A stretch of DNA of 64,000 nt. Source: Marsupella aquatica (Eukaryota > Plantae > Marchantiophyta). The notes under the pieces were generated by a model. That model had not been told where the DNA came from, searched no databases, and saw only the letters and a program-made list of their open reading frames with translations. Positions within the stretch are counted from its first letter, which is position 1, and every line of letters begins with the position of its first letter. This document shows, piece by piece, positions 1-12,985 of this stretch. A program made the position numbers and the translations under genes. The stretch lies in assembly GCA_973895155.1 (NCBI GenBank), contig OZ316897.1, forward strand, positions 16,595,958 through 16,659,957. Direction: 5' to 3'.

Positions 1-87
1 TCCTTGCCCGAACCCTCACCCTTACTGGTGGTCGAGGTCGCACCATGGCACTAAACTGGATTTAAGGCCCAGGTTAGCGGCGCGACA
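1..87 (+). mobile_element. 3' terminus of a family-C LTR (continues off the left edge), inserted in the diverged family-A LTR
   Basis: 1-87 is a near-identical reverse complement of 18044-18130 and ends ...GCGCGACA; family-A sequence resumes at 88. Confidence 0.85.
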
Positions 88-1701
88 CCTTCTGACTGAG
101 TTATACCATGCACTTGCCATACAAACAGTACATCTCATACACAAGCTCTGCGAACTAAGCCGTGAGGCCAACTCTATTCAGTTCTTAGGCATGAGGAAAC
201 ATGAATATACACAAGGGTCACTATATAACTAACCGAGAGCTTCTCTTACTACTTGATCCCAGCCCTGCTGGTGCAACTAAAAACTTGTTAAAGAAGAGGC
301 CCTGAACTCCCTGCAGCCCAGGTACTTATCCTGGTTGTGGATCCGCCTGATTCCTTGCAGCGTAAGCCTAATCTACCTATCTGTAATCTACCTAACTGTA
401 ATCTACCTATGTACAGCGAGGCAGGAGCACAAGTGTCGCCCTTACCCGTGGATCCGCAATCCCACTAATCTAAGTGTCAGGGCCGTCTCCTGGTCCTGAT
501 CCTAAGTCTAAACTTGGAGATCAGGGCCCGCCCTGCCCACTCACGCCTCCTACCTCCACGTCCGCCCTCCCTAAAAGGGACGGTGCCCTTACACCCTTAC
601 GACACCGGTGGTTGGTCCTCAATGGACGCCCCCAACGCTTCCTCCGCAGCCACTGTCGTTGGTCCGTCCTCTGACAGATTACCTGCCCTTGACCGAGTCA
701 ACTCTTCATCGGCCTGACTGGGTCCACCCTCGGCTTTGTCCTAAGCATTGGCCACGGCCTCCGATACGGCTACGGCCTCCCCGACATGTTCTAGTGAGGA
801 TCCGGTACCTCAGCTTTATTACTGGTTGTCCCGGCCTCGGCCTGGCCATCCCCACTTCCTAGGACTGGTGGATCCACCGCCGTCTCGATGCCGGAGGTTG
901 GTGCCGGGTTTACCTTCTCGGTCACAACGGCTTGAGAAGCCGTATAACTCCCAGACCCAGAAGGTTTCCACTTCTTCTTCTTCCCTATTTTGACAGCCGG
1001 TTCCTTCCCCTTGCTACTTACCTCCGGCACCGGGGTGAGTGTCTCGGCTTGTCCTTCGACCAATACTACCTCTGGTAACTGGGTTGCCCCAATTGGAGTT
1101 GGACCTAATGAAGCCAAGCATTTAAATACTGCGACCTGTTTCTTCAGCCGCTCCGTTTGGTTGTCGGCCCGCCGCTGTAGGTTCTCCATCTTCCTCGTGA
1201 TTTCCTCCAACTCCTCCTGGGTCTCATCCAGGTCCTTGCGTGCCTTCTCCAGCTCGTTTTTGGCTTCTTCCAATTCTTTCTGGGCTTCCTCCAATTCTTT
1301 CTTTAAGGTAGCCCTGTCCTCCTGGGTTGCTCTTAGCTCCCTATCGAGCTCCGTTACGACCTCAGACTCCATCTTATTCATCTTGGCATAAGTCTGGTCG
1401 AGCTGGTCATCTTTCTTACGGAGGTCGGCCTTGAAGCTGGCCGTCAGGGACGTAAGCTCCTGCTGCAGCGCAATAATCCCTTGATAGGATTTCCCTAACT
1501 CGGCCTCCTTCTGTCCTAGGGCTCCGCGGATATCCTTGAGTTCGCCCTTCAACGCCCTCTCCCTTCTCTGAGTCTCCGCCATGGCCCGGTTGTTGGATGC
1601 TATGTGGGCCTCCTCTGCGTCTCTCAGCTCTCATTTCCACTTCTCCCTCTCTTTGACCGCCTCGGCCAACTTTCCTTGGGTCTGAGTCAATTTATCCTTG
1701 A

Positions 1702-3305
1702 TGTTGTATGCTAACAAAAGCAAATATCATCGAATATATGCTAAAAACTCGGTGTTCGTTCCCGTGGAAGAACAAGAATGGGATGAAAAGATGTTTTAAA
1801 GTGTTTTGAGTGGTTTAGAGATGGTACTCAACATCTATAAGAAAAATAGAATCTTAAACAAAATACAAGGAATTAATAAAATAAGAACAAAGTGACATTT
1901 GCTGTATAACAGAATCTTAGAGCTTTTAGAGGTATAGTTTAGCAATATTTAACTCCGTCACCATGTCTTAAGAAAGAGCTATGGCATTATTTGAGACGTT
2001 GATAAGTCAAACATAACCTTGCTATAAATGCTCTCTAGGTTTTTATCATAAATCTATGTTTAAGAAGTGTCTATGCTCACAAAACCCAAGATAAGTTTTG
2101 GATTGTGTATATAGTAGTGTGTCATTAAAATGCCGGCAACATGTTTCCTTCTTCAGCGATGCGCAATTCCAAAGAAAAACTAATGCACATCCAGTATACC
2201 ACAATGGTACTTCAAATCCGTGAATTAAGAATGTCGCTCCTTCTTAATATATAGATTTCTATTTCTTGATTTCATGCAATACTTATCTTCCAAAGATAAG
2301 TCCTTCATGTAAATACAGAAATGGACAACAAATGTTGTAGTTTGGATTAGGCACCGACCAACGGATCTTCTAATACATTCCACAAACTGTATTTTTATGG
2401 GTTTTACTTCTTACGGTAATTGCAACATGCATTACCATACGAAGGAGGGGTAGACTCCTAGCACAAGTAATCAAATTCCAAGGTATGCAAATCTTCCTTG
2501 CAAAATTGTATTACACGTACAAGGGACAAAACTCCAAGATGAGAAGATGCAAATAACTATCCACACTGTCTCAAAATGAGACTGGTATCACAATAAGTAC
2601 ATGAGATCGCCCACGGGCTAAGGAGAATGAAGAGACATGCCTCTTCATTTCCTAAGTCTAAACTAAGTAAAGTAAAAGTCAACTTTGACTAAGGGATAGT
2701 CAAATGGTCAAAGCTAAGTAAAAGTCTACAAAATAAAATACTAATCTCATACTGTAATAGGAGGGTCAAAGCTCGCGCCCTGCTGCTGGCTGCCATGGAT
2801 GTCCCTAGAAGAAAAGTAGAGAAGTGTGATCAGGCCGGCGCGGACGTCAAGTTAGGTCGTGGCGGGGTGGACGTCCCGGACGTCTCTACGTGGAGGCTGT
2901 CCAAGATGTCCTCGAGCTTTTCATGCAGGCCGGCGCGGAAGGAGTCGGCCGTCCTTGCGAAAAATGGGTGCCGTCCCGGCCGTCCCTGTGTAGAAGCCGT
3001 CCAAGCCGGCGCCATCTTTGCCGTCTTTCGTGAGGAGGCCGTCCAGGACGGCGCCATCTTGGCCGTCCCTGCGAGGAGGCCGTCCAGGCCGTCACCTCAT
3101 TTTTGAAGCTCCTTTCAACTTCTTGCCGTCTTGACGTCTAATATGTGAAAACCAGAGTAGCCTTGACGTCTTCCAATGGTATCCTTACCCATTTGAGCTT
3201 ATACTAACTTAATTTTGCTTAAAGGGCCTTATAAAAACTTAACAATTTTAAAAATTTATGGTTTTGATACTTTAACTCTCTTTTTGGAATAATCACCTAA
3301 TTACA
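1702..3305 (-). mobile_element. Solo LTR D (1604 bp), related to the element-B LTR
   Basis: TG...CA ends; 5-bp TSD CTTGA (1697-1701 / 3306-3310); block 2125-2169 resembles B LTR 44691-44734; GC-rich palindromic repeat cluster ~2790-3170. Strand inferred from B. Confidence 0.85.
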
Positions 3306-4452
3306 CTTGATAATCTGATTATTAGATTGCACGGTATCCAACTGCCCCTGCATGATGTTTAGCTCATGCCGCTTAATTCACAGTTCATCTTGGGCTTCCT
3401 TGGCCGCCTTCAGGTCTTCCACCTCGGCTTCCTTTTCCCTAAGCTGCCGGATGACCTCGTCCTTCTTGCTTCTCTCCAAAGCCACCGCTTCTTCTAATCG
3501 GTGCTTCTCCAACATCTCCCTCTGGAAAAAGGGTCCCTGCTCCAACTCCTCCCCAAAGATGTTGAGCGCCAGGTCCCCACACATCTCTCCGTACTCCATG
3601 GCTCTATCCTTAGCATAGGTGGAGTAACTAGAAGTCATCGGCATCAACCACCTCGGCCTCTGCTCCCAAGCCGCCTTGAGGATTTCTTCTATGGTGGCAA
3701 GAGGGTTGCTTCTTTTTTCGGCAAGCCGCCTGATGTCCTCCGGCCAATCTCCTCCTGGTAAATCTTTCTCCCTAGCCAGGGCTGCCCTCTCTTCCTCCCT
3801 GAGTCGCTGCTGAAATTCTTGTGCCATCTGCTTTATGCCGTCAAAGCTCGGGGGAGCAACCTCTGGTGGGAGAGACTCGGGGCTACTCTGCTAGGTGGGG
3901 TCCCCTCGAACTACTCTTGGAAGCGTGGGGATAAATTGTCCACTCGTCCTTACTCCTGGAACATGATGATCTGACCCATAGCCGGAGTTATCATTGCTGT
4001 AGTCCTCCACCGCCTCCTCCATTGCTTGGACTCCCTGCTTCCCCCTCTGTTCCCCTAGTCCTGCCGTGAAAACGGCCTCACAGACCATGGGCTCTTGTTC
4101 CTCCTTTGGGTTCTAGGCTTTCCTCTCCCTCTGCTCTTCGCGGGAAGGAGCCTTTGGCTGCTCTGCCTCTGATTCGGGGCTTGAGGCTCCCACGTACATT
4201 CGCACTCCCGGCTTGTGTTCCGGCCTCCTTCTCTCCTTGGCTCCAGTAAAGGGGTTTTCCCTCCTGAGTCGGCTTAGGCCGGCCTCTGGGGCAGTGTCTT
4301 GTACCGGTGCCGTTGCCGTTGCTGGTGCCGTTCTCTCCTTCTCCAGCATTTTCAGCAGATTTTGCATGCCTAATTGCTGCATCGGCAAGTCTTCTTTCCT
4401 TGGCCAAAACACCTGCTCGATCGTAGGACTGGTAGGCTGGTTGGGCTCTTCT

Positions 4453-5090
4453 GGCCTCATTCACAATTGGGTGTACCTCGCAGGAACCACTTTCAGGACT
4501 CAAAAACATGCTTTTTTAGTGAAAAATAACTTTCGTAACATGGAAAAAGGTTCATCATGATTTTATCTCACAACATTTAAGTCTAATTTTTTCACAAGAC
4601 TATTTTTTATGGTGTAACCTACCTCACCATGTAGATACATCAAGTTTTCAACTGTTTTAAGGGATCCTTTAATTGATGGCCCTAAATAAGGGAAAATTAC
4701 TGATTATTTTTGTCCTGTACATAAAGGTTTAGTGTGTGTCACTATTTAAGTTTTGAAATATAAGATTATGCTATTAGTATGCATGCTTTGGTAAAATTTT
4801 ATTGTCTAAAATGCATTTTTTAGAGTCCTTTTGAGTCCTGAAATGATGTGACCCGTTGCGTGACAAGTCCTTTTATCAATCTTTGAAGGACATATAAGGA
4901 AAGCTTCAAAGTCTCAAATGCTAGATAGTTTAATGAATGTTACGAACCTATAGGATGTTTATTAAGTATAGTACATCAAATTTTCTATATCATCTCATTA
5001 CACCCTAAAAATGATATCCTAAAGCATAATAAACTATGGTCACTTTTGAGTGTGACGTTCCTTTTGGGTCCTCCAATTGTGAATGAGGCC
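4453..5090. mobile_element. MITE-like non-autonomous TIR element (638 bp)
   Basis: Perfect 18-bp TIR GGCCTCATTCACAATTGG; 4-bp TSD TTCT (4449-4452 / 5091-5094); AT-rich non-coding interior; removal restores the A' frame (RPATE|EPNQP). Confidence 0.9.
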
Positions 5091-6003
5091 TTCTGTTGCC
5101 GGCCTCTGCTCCGGAACCTCCTCTGGTGCCCTCACCTGCAGGGGAAGCATTGGGGCAAAGATCTGACCTCTGGCATACCAGCACAACAGCGGCATGTGAT
5201 AGCCAAGCTGGGATACGCTTCCCATGCCGATCACCTGTTGTTCCTCCTTCAAGATCTTCTTCAGTTGGTTGAGGAGGTACCCGTTGTAGTCCCGGCTTGG
5301 GTCTGGCCTCTCTGCCAGGTAGACCTGTGCCTTACCGATCTCTGGCCTCGGCAAGTTGCAATGCATGGTCACCCACAAGAAGTCGATCATCTCTCCGATG
5401 TGCGGGTTGGTGCAGGTGTTTCGGAAGAAGCCATTCTTTGTTTATGGCCCTGGGAATGACCGGAACTCCTTGTCTGGCAAGGTTTTCCTGGTATCAACTT
5501 TGGTCTTATTGCCCATCGGCAAGCCAAATGCTTCGGCGATCACCCGGGGGGTGAGATAGAAATCCTTCCCATACACCCTCGTGGAATTGGTCTCGGGTTC
5601 CCATGATCCCACGAATTCTGATAAGTCTGAGTCCGGCATCTCCGGCTTCAGCCATGGTAATTTTACAAAGGCTTCCAAGCCGGATCCGGCCATGAAGCCT
5701 TGGTACTTCTTGGTCTGCATGGCCGTAAAGCATGCATCCTCCTCCCGTGCAAAATGTAATTGCACTTCCTCTAATAGGGTTGCCGCCCAGCCTTTCCAGG
5801 TGTCATGCTTTGTTGGAATGGCATTGATGGGATCAACCTCCTCCTCTTCGGCTTCTTCCTGCCTCCTGCTCGGCTGCTTTGCTGGCTTCCTTGGTGCCGC
5901 CAACCTCGTTCTTTTTGTCGGGGTGGCCTCTTCGTTGTTGTTTCCTTTCCTCTTCATCTTGGCTGCCATGGATGTTTCTCCTAGCAAGGTTGCCTTTGTC
6001 CAC

Positions 6004-9000
6004 TGTGATGCCTAGACAGGAATCACTCAGCCGGTTAAGTGGGTAAAGCAGGAAGGCACCCTAGGAACACCTTAGTATAGGGACAAAACAAGGAAAATAT
6101 AAACAATTAGGGGCAACCATGGAACCCGGGCAGAGGCCGGAGGTAAGGCTGAGGGTGAAAACCAGATTAGGGTTAGGGCGCGTAAAGCGTCGGTGGCTAG
6201 GAAGGATCAACGGGAAGAAGGACCGGCAGAGGAGAGGGGTAAGGAGCGCTTGCAGGAGATGGTGGCTCATTTGCGAGCACGAACTAGGCAGACGACTATG
6301 GGAGGCCAACTACTGTCAACTACTTAGGCAAGCACTCGGGGAGAGAGTAGATACCGACGATCGACCTAAGGAGGGTATGAGCAACGTCAATCAAGCGGCA
6401 CATTTCTGGGGATGCCTGTTCGAACGGGCAACTGAGTACATCAAGACTTACGAGGACGAGGAGTCAGAAAGGGCAGCTCGAGAACGGCAGGAGCTCGCTC
6501 GATTGTGGGAGCTGCAGAAGACGGCTTTCTTAGGAGGCGAACTCATCAAGGACGAGTTCCTGTGGACGCCTACTTCCAATCAACTCGACGATCTTCTGTT
6601 TTGCAAAGATAGCGTCGTCGGCATCCGAGAGGCCATCAAGAACTGCAACGACATACACTGGGAATTAAAGGGTAGCACGGAAAGGTGGACCCAGGCAACG
6701 GTGCTAGGAGAATCCTCCACGGCAGCAGAGATGAAGAGGAAGGGGGCCGTCAACGATGAAGCCACCCCGGCAAAAAGAACGAGGTCGGCGGCACCAAAGA
6801 GGCCAGCCGAGCAGCAGAGCAGGAGGCAGGGAGAAGCCGAAGAGGAGGAGGTCGATCCCATCAAGGCCATTCCAACCAGGGATGACACCTGGAAGGGCTG
6901 GGCGGCAACCCTACCGATGGAGGTGCAACTACATTTTGCACGGGAGGAGGATGCATGCTTTACGGCCATGCAGACCAAGAAGTACCAAGGCTTCATGGCC
7001 GGATCCGGCTTGGAGGCCTTTGTAAGATTACCATGGCTGAAGCCGGAGGTACCGGAGTCAGACCTATTAGAATTCGTGGGGTCATGGGAACCCGAGACCA
7101 ATTGCACGAGGATATATGGGAAGGATTTCTATCTTACTCCCAAGGTAATTGCCGAAGTGTTTGGCTTGCCGATAGGCAATAAGACCAAAGTTGATACCAG
7201 GAAGACCCTGCCTGACAAGGAGTTCCGGTCGTTCCCCGGGCCATCAACGAAGAATGGCTTCTTCCGGAACACCTGCACCAACCCGCACATAGGAGAGATG
7301 ATCGACTTCTTGCGGGTGACCATGCATTGTAACTTGCCGAGGGCAGAGATCGGCAAGGCACAGGTCTATCTGGCAGAAAGGCCAGACCCAAGCCGGGACT
7401 ACAACGGGTACCTCCTCAACCAATTGAAGAAGATCTTAAAGGAGGAGCAGCAGGTAATCGGCATGGGGAGCGTGTCGCGGCTTGGCTATCACATGCCGCT
7501 GTTGTGCCGGTATGCCAGAGGTCAGACTTTTGCCCCGGTACTTCCCCTGCAGGTAAGGGCACCCGAGGAAGCTCCAACGCCGAGGCCGTTGGCTGAGAAG
7601 CCTCAACCACCTGTTAGTCCTACGATCGAGCAGGTGTTTAGGCCCAGGAAGGAAGACTTGCCGATGCAGCAACCAGGCATGCAGAGTCTGCTGAAACTAC
7701 TAGAGAAAGAAAAGAAATCGGCATCGGCAACAACAACGGCAACGGCAACAATGCAGGACACTACTACAGAGGTAGGCCTACACCGGCTCACAAGAGAAAA
7801 CCCCTTTGCTGGAGACAAGGAGAGAATCAGGCCGGAATCCAAGCCAGGTGTTCGAATGTACGTGGGAACCTCAAGCTCCGAATCTGAGGCAGAATTGCCC
7901 GAAGCTCCTACCGACGAAGAGGAGAGGGAGAAGCCGGACGTCCAAGAGGTAGAGGAGGCAGTGGAGGACTGCAGCCATGATAATTCCGGCTATGGGTCGG
8001 ACCATCACGTTCCAGGAGTAAGGACCTGTGGCCGGTTTGTCCCCACACTTCCAAGGGTAGTGCGAGGGGACCCCAATCAGCAGAGTAGCCCTGAGTCTCC
8101 CCCACCAGATGTTGCTCCCCCGAGCTTCGACGGCATAAAACAGACGGTGCAGGAATTTCAGGAGCGAATCAAGCAGGAGGAAGAGGCCGCCCTGGCTAAG
8201 GAAAAGGATTTACCAGGAGGAGATTGGCCGGAGGACATCAGGCGGCTAGCCGAAAAAGGAAGCAAACCTCTAGCCACGATTGAAGAGATCCGCAGGACGG
8301 CTTGGGAGCAGAGGCCACGATGGGCGATGCCGATCACTTCTACTTACTCCACCTACGCTAAGAATAGAGCCATGGAGTATGGTGAGATGTGTGGGGAACT
8401 TGCGCTCGGCATCTTTGGAGAGGAGTTGGAGGTAGGACCCTTTTTCCATAGGGAGCAGTTGGAGAAGCACCAATTAGAAGAAGCGGTGGCTTTAGAGAGA
8501 AGCAAGAAGGACGAGGTCATTCGGCGGCTTAGGAGGATGGAAGCCGAGATTGAAGATCTAAGGGCGGCCAAGAAAGCCCAAGATGAACTACGGATTAAAT
8601 GACATGAGCTGAACATCATGCAGGGGCAGTTGGACATCGCGCAGGCTGATAATCAGAATATCAAGGATAAACTAACTCAGACGCAGGGAGAGTTGGCCGA
8701 CACGATCAAAGAGAGGGAGAAGTGGAAGCAAGAGCTGAAGAATACAGAGGAGGCCCACATAACAGCCAACAGCCGGGCCATGGCGGAGACCCAAAGAAAG
8801 GAATGGGCGTTGAAAGGGGAGCTCGAGAAAATCCGCGGAGCCCTTGAGCAGAAGGAGGTCGAGTTAGGGAAATCCTATCAAGGGATTATGGCGCTGCAGC
8901 AGGAGCTTGCGTCCCTGACGGCCAGCTTCAAGGCCGACCTAAGGGAGAAGGACGAGATGCTCGAACAGACTTACGCCAAGATGAACCAGATGGAGTCTGT

Positions 9001-10653
9001 CATCATTGCAGAGCTCGACAAGGAGCTAAGAGCAACCCAGGAGGAGAGGGCTACCTTGAAGAAGGAATTGGAGGAAGCCCACAGGGAGCAGGAGGAGGCC
9101 AAAAACGAGCTGGAGGGGGCACGTAAGGACCTGGATGAAACCCAAGAGGAGTTGGAGGAAATCACGAGGAAGATGGAGAACCTACAGCGGCGGGCCGACA
9201 ACCAAACAGAGTGGCTGAAGAAACAAGCCGCAGTATTTAAATGCTTAGCTGCAGCAGGTCCATCTCCCGTTGGGACAAACCAGTTACCAGGGGTGGTAAT
9301 TGCCGAAGGACAAGCCGCGCCAACTGCACCAGTGCCGGAAGTAAGTGGGAAGGGGAAGGGACCAGCTGCCGAGCCACCAACGAAGAAGAAGCGGAAACCT
9401 TCAGGGTCAAGGAGTAATACGACTTCACAGGCCGTGGTGATCAAGGAGGTAGACCCAGCACCGACCCCAGACAGGGTCACGGCTAAGGATCCAACTACCC
9501 TAGGGGAAGGGGAGGCCGAAGCCGAGGGAGTGGCTGAAGCCGAAGCCGTGGGAGTGGCTGAGGCCGAAGCCGTGGGTATTGCCGAGGCCGGTGTCGAGGC
9601 TGAAGCCGAAGGTGGACCCAGTCAGGCCGATGGAGAGTTGACTCAGTCAAGGGCAGGTAATCTGTCAGAGAATGAACCTACGGCAGTGGCTGAGGAGGAA
9701 GCGTTGGGGGCGTCCATTAAGGATCCACCACCGGTGTCGTGACGGTGCAAGGGCGCCGTTCCTTTTAGGGAGGGCGGACGTGGAGGGAGGAGGCGTGAGT
9801 GGGCAGGGCGGGCGCGGATCTCCACGTTTAGGATTAGGATCAGAACCAGGAGCGGCCCTGACACTTAGCTTAGTGGGATTGCGGTCCCACTGGTAGGAGC
9901 AACACTTGTGCTCCTGCCTTGCTGTACATAGGTAGATTCGGGCAAGTAGATTACTGTTAAGTAGATTAGGCTTACGATGCAAAGAATGGCGGATCCACTA
10001 CCAGGATAAGTACCTGGGCAGCGGGGAGCTCAGGGCCTCTTCTTTAGCAAGTTTTTAGTTTGCACCAGCCGGGCTGGGATCAAGTAGTACGAGAAGCTCT
10101 CGGTTAGTCATACAGTGACCCTTGTGTATATTCATGTTTCCTCATGCCTAAGAGCTGAATAGAGTTGGCCTCACGGCTTAGTTCGCAGAACTTGTGTATG
10201 AGATGTACTGTTTGTATGGCAAGTGCATGGTATGACTCAGTCAGAATGAGTCATTTTGCTATTTGTGTGTCGCATTAACTTGTGTGAAGAGTGCCCACAT
10301 CAACAGAAGGAAGGAAAGTAAGCAGGGGAGTGAGAGTTGGATGTGTCGAGCTGAGAGAGGTCTTAGCGGCTTAACCAAGCCTATTGGGGATCATTCCGGC
10401 GGCGGAATCCAAACATACCTAACAAGACGGAGGGGAAGACAGGGGAAGGCCTATATTAGGCCGGCTACGTATCTCATGACCCGATGAAGGATCTGTCCAG
10501 TATATGTGTGTAAAATGTTAATAGTAGTAGTAGAAGGTTAGCAGCGTCCCATGCCGCTAAGCCGCGGAAACGGCCTCGCCAAGCACGAAACCTGCGGGAA
10601 TTGGCTTGAGCTGGGGGGTTTCTTGGGTTTAGGGAGCCATGGGATGCACCACA
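6004..10653 (+). mobile_element. Family-A solo LTR (4650 bp)
   Basis: TGTGATGCC...CACCACA ends match the LTRs of element A; TSD TCCAC (5999-6003 / 10654-10658); no PBS or PPT flanking. Confidence 0.95.
6119..9742 (+). pseudogene. LTR-encoded ~1207-aa protein (transposon-associated N-terminal domain, acidic/Pro linker, long coiled coil, basic NLS-like patch); one internal stop
   Basis: ORFs 6119-8602 and 8618-9742 share a frame and are separated by one TGA that is CGA in the 34312 and 58735 copies. Confidence 0.85.
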
Positions 10654-11469
10654 TCCACCCCTCCGTGCTACCCTTCAACTCCCAGTGCACGTCGTTGCAG
10701 CGATTGATGGCTTCCCGGATGCCGACGATTCTGTCTTCGCAAAACAGAAGGTCATCGAGCTGATTGGCAGTAGGAGTCCATAAGAACTTGGCCTTGATGA
10801 GTTCTCCTCCTAAGAAGGCCGTCTTCTGCAGTTCCCAGAGCCGAGCGAGCTCCTGCCGTTCTTGAGCTGCTCTCTCCGAATCTTCGTCCTTGTTAGTCCT
10901 GACGTACTCACTTGCCCGCTCGAACAGGCATCCCCAAAAATGTGCCGCTTGATTGACGTTGCTCATACCCTCCTTGACTTGATCGTTGGTATCTGTTCCC
11001 ACCCAGAGTGCTTGCCTAAGCAGCTGACAGTATTTGGCCTCCCGTAGTCATCTGCCCAGTTCGTGCTTGCAAATGAGCCACCATTCCTCGCGAGCGGTCC
11101 TTACCCCTCTCCTCCTGTGGTCTTCCCTCCCGTTGGTCACCCCTAGCCGCCGACGCTTAGCACGCCCTAACCCTAATCGTGTTCTCTCCCCCGGCATCCT
11201 TACTTCCGGCCTCGGCCCGGGTTCCATAGTCACCCTTAATTGTTTATATTTTCCTTGTCTTGTTACTATACTAAGGTGTTTCCAGGGTACACTCCTGCTT
11301 TTACCATGTAAACCGGCCTAGTCACTAGTACATTTTACCTCCTTTTTCCGATTCTCTCCACATCGGACGCCTTTGTAAAATAAAATTTGAAAAACCATAT
11401 ATCCGATACTACTAGCATCGCAACATACCATTTTAATAGTATCGGATATCGACAATCGGACTTCTATCG

Positions 11470-11597
11470 GAAAGTCCGATGGTGGGAGAATGGGAAAGTC
11501 TGATGGTGGGAGAATGGGAAAGTCCGATGCTAGGAGAATGGGAAAGTCCGATGGTGAGAGAATGAGAAAGTCCGATGCTAGGAGAATGGGAAAGTCC
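11470..11597 (+). repeat. 24-bp subterminal tandem repeat (~5 units, GAAAGTCCGATGGTGGGAGAATGG)
   Basis: Read directly; mirrored in inverted orientation at the other end of the CACTA element. Confidence 0.9.
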
Positions 11598-12450
11598 AAA
11601 GCAATCAAAATGGGATATGCATGTCAGCGGACGCGACATGCTCAGGTCATCCATCTCTTCCTTTAATTGGGTTTCTACTTTCATTTGGAACTATGAGCTA
11701 GGTGCCCATCTCCCTTGACATGTGAACTCTTCAAATTTTCTCAACTAATTGGTCACCCATCCCAATTGCTATTCCTCCAACATGAGCTTAACTTTGTGGT
11801 TCTTATTCCTTACATTGTACATGCAAGCTTAGCACTTTTGTTGTTTGACTTAGAGTGTTTGGGGATTTTATACACTTGTGAGTTTACTAAGACCCATAAT
11901 TTGGACCCATTCTTGATCCATTTTTCTCTATCATGAGATTAGATCTTTGCATCAAGTGACCTATTCTAGTTACCCTATTACATTCCCCTAGGAGAAACCA
12001 ATAGAAATCTGGCAGGGGTCATTCATCGATAGTAAAGCCCTCCTTCATTAGATTTGATATGGGATAATTATGGCTTATTAGTTATGGATGATATTTTGGT
12101 CCTTCCAAAGCCTCAGCATCAATGGCTCCTGATTGATTGTCTCATCTTTTATCAACTATGTTGTTGTTGGACTTGCAACAAAGACTACATGGGACAAGCA
12201 ACCTCCTTCTAGATGATGTATTTTGGACTTGGCATGTTGAGCACATATTTCCGTAATGGAACAATATGTTGGGTCTTGGAATGAGGCAAAAACAACACTC
12301 AAGTCCATTTGCCTCAAGTATGAAGTTATTCATGCATGCAAGAATGATTGCATCTTTTGGGAAGAGTATGTCGGTGCAACCACATACCCCATCTAACACA
12401 TCAAAACTTTTCATTCTAACACAATCAAAAATTTTCTTTTTGTCATAACC

Positions 12451-12626
12451 AGACTTTCCCATACTCCCAGCATTGGACTTTCCCATTCTTCTAGCATCGG
12501 ACTTTCCCATACTCCCAGCATTGGACTTTCCCATTCTTCCAGCATCGGACTTTCCCATTCTTCTAGCATCGGACTTTCCCATACTCCCAGCATCGAACTT
12601 TCCCATTCTCCCAACATCGGACTTTG
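12451..12626 (-). repeat. 24-bp subterminal tandem repeat (~7 units), inverted relative to 11470-11597
   Basis: CGGACTTTCCCATTCTTCTAGCAT-type units read directly. Confidence 0.9.
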
Positions 12627-12985
12627 CCATGTTAGCACAATCGGATATAATATCCGTTATTATTAACTACGGAAAGTTTCCGATCAATATTGTAACGCAC
12701 ATCATTTTTGTTACAAAAAACATCGGACATATCAATCAAAGTTTTTGTTGAGGGATCCGATGTGTTTTCTAACGGATATGATCCGTTTTTTAACGCATCG
12801 GAAAGGTTCCGTTGTCAATTATATCGGAAATGAAGATATCCGAAGCCGAGAGTATGGCATATTGCCATTTTTTGATAATCGGAATTTCCGATGCTAAAAG
12901 AATCGGACGCCGATTGTTTGCAAAAATTGAGCATCGGAAATCAGCTTAATATGTACTAGTGAGTGATTCCTGGCTAGGCATCATG

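Larger units (their letters stand above)
597..11233 (-). pseudogene. Disrupted LTR-encoded ORF of A' (conserved N-terminal domain plus coiled coil)
   Basis: ORF fragments 11048-11233, 10654-11002, 5442-5987, 5095-5390, 4113-4452, 3378-3827 and 791-1582 align in order to the 6119-9742 protein; terminal PPVS-stop at 597-599. Confidence 0.85.
11323..12961 (+). mobile_element. Non-autonomous CACTA deletion derivative (1639 bp)
   Basis: TIR CACTAGTACAT...ATGTACTAGTG; 3-bp TSD AGT (11320-11322 / 12962-12964); internal transposase remnant SWNEAKTTLKSICLKYEVIHACKNDCIFW at ~12273-12360. Confidence 0.93.
88..12985 (-). mobile_element. Diverged family-A giant LTR (A'), minus strand, broken by four internal insertions and truncated at 88 by a family-C LTR
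   Basis: Pieces 88-1701, 3306-4452, 5091-6003, 10654-11322 and 12962-~12985 join into a collinear reverse-complement homologue of LTR 6004-10653. The 5' end reads TGATGCCTAGCCAGGAATCACT vs TGTGATGCCTAGACAGGAATCACT; the terminus is uncertain by 2 bp. Confidence 0.85.

Noticed and set aside
2137-2158. Hammerhead-like core on the minus strand (CTGAAGA-AG-GAAAC)
   Set aside because: No stem II, no convincing stems I/III, and the homologous block in the B LTR lacks the CUGANGA/GAAA core.
6061-9982. Many short antisense or overlapping ORFs over the LTR ORF (and over gag/pol elsewhere)
   Set aside because: Shadow frames of GC-rich coding sequence; they recur only because the LTR is repeated.
12142-12638. 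ORFs with GKSDAGRM / WESPMLEE repeats
   Set aside because: They are translations of the 24-bp CACTA subterminal repeats.
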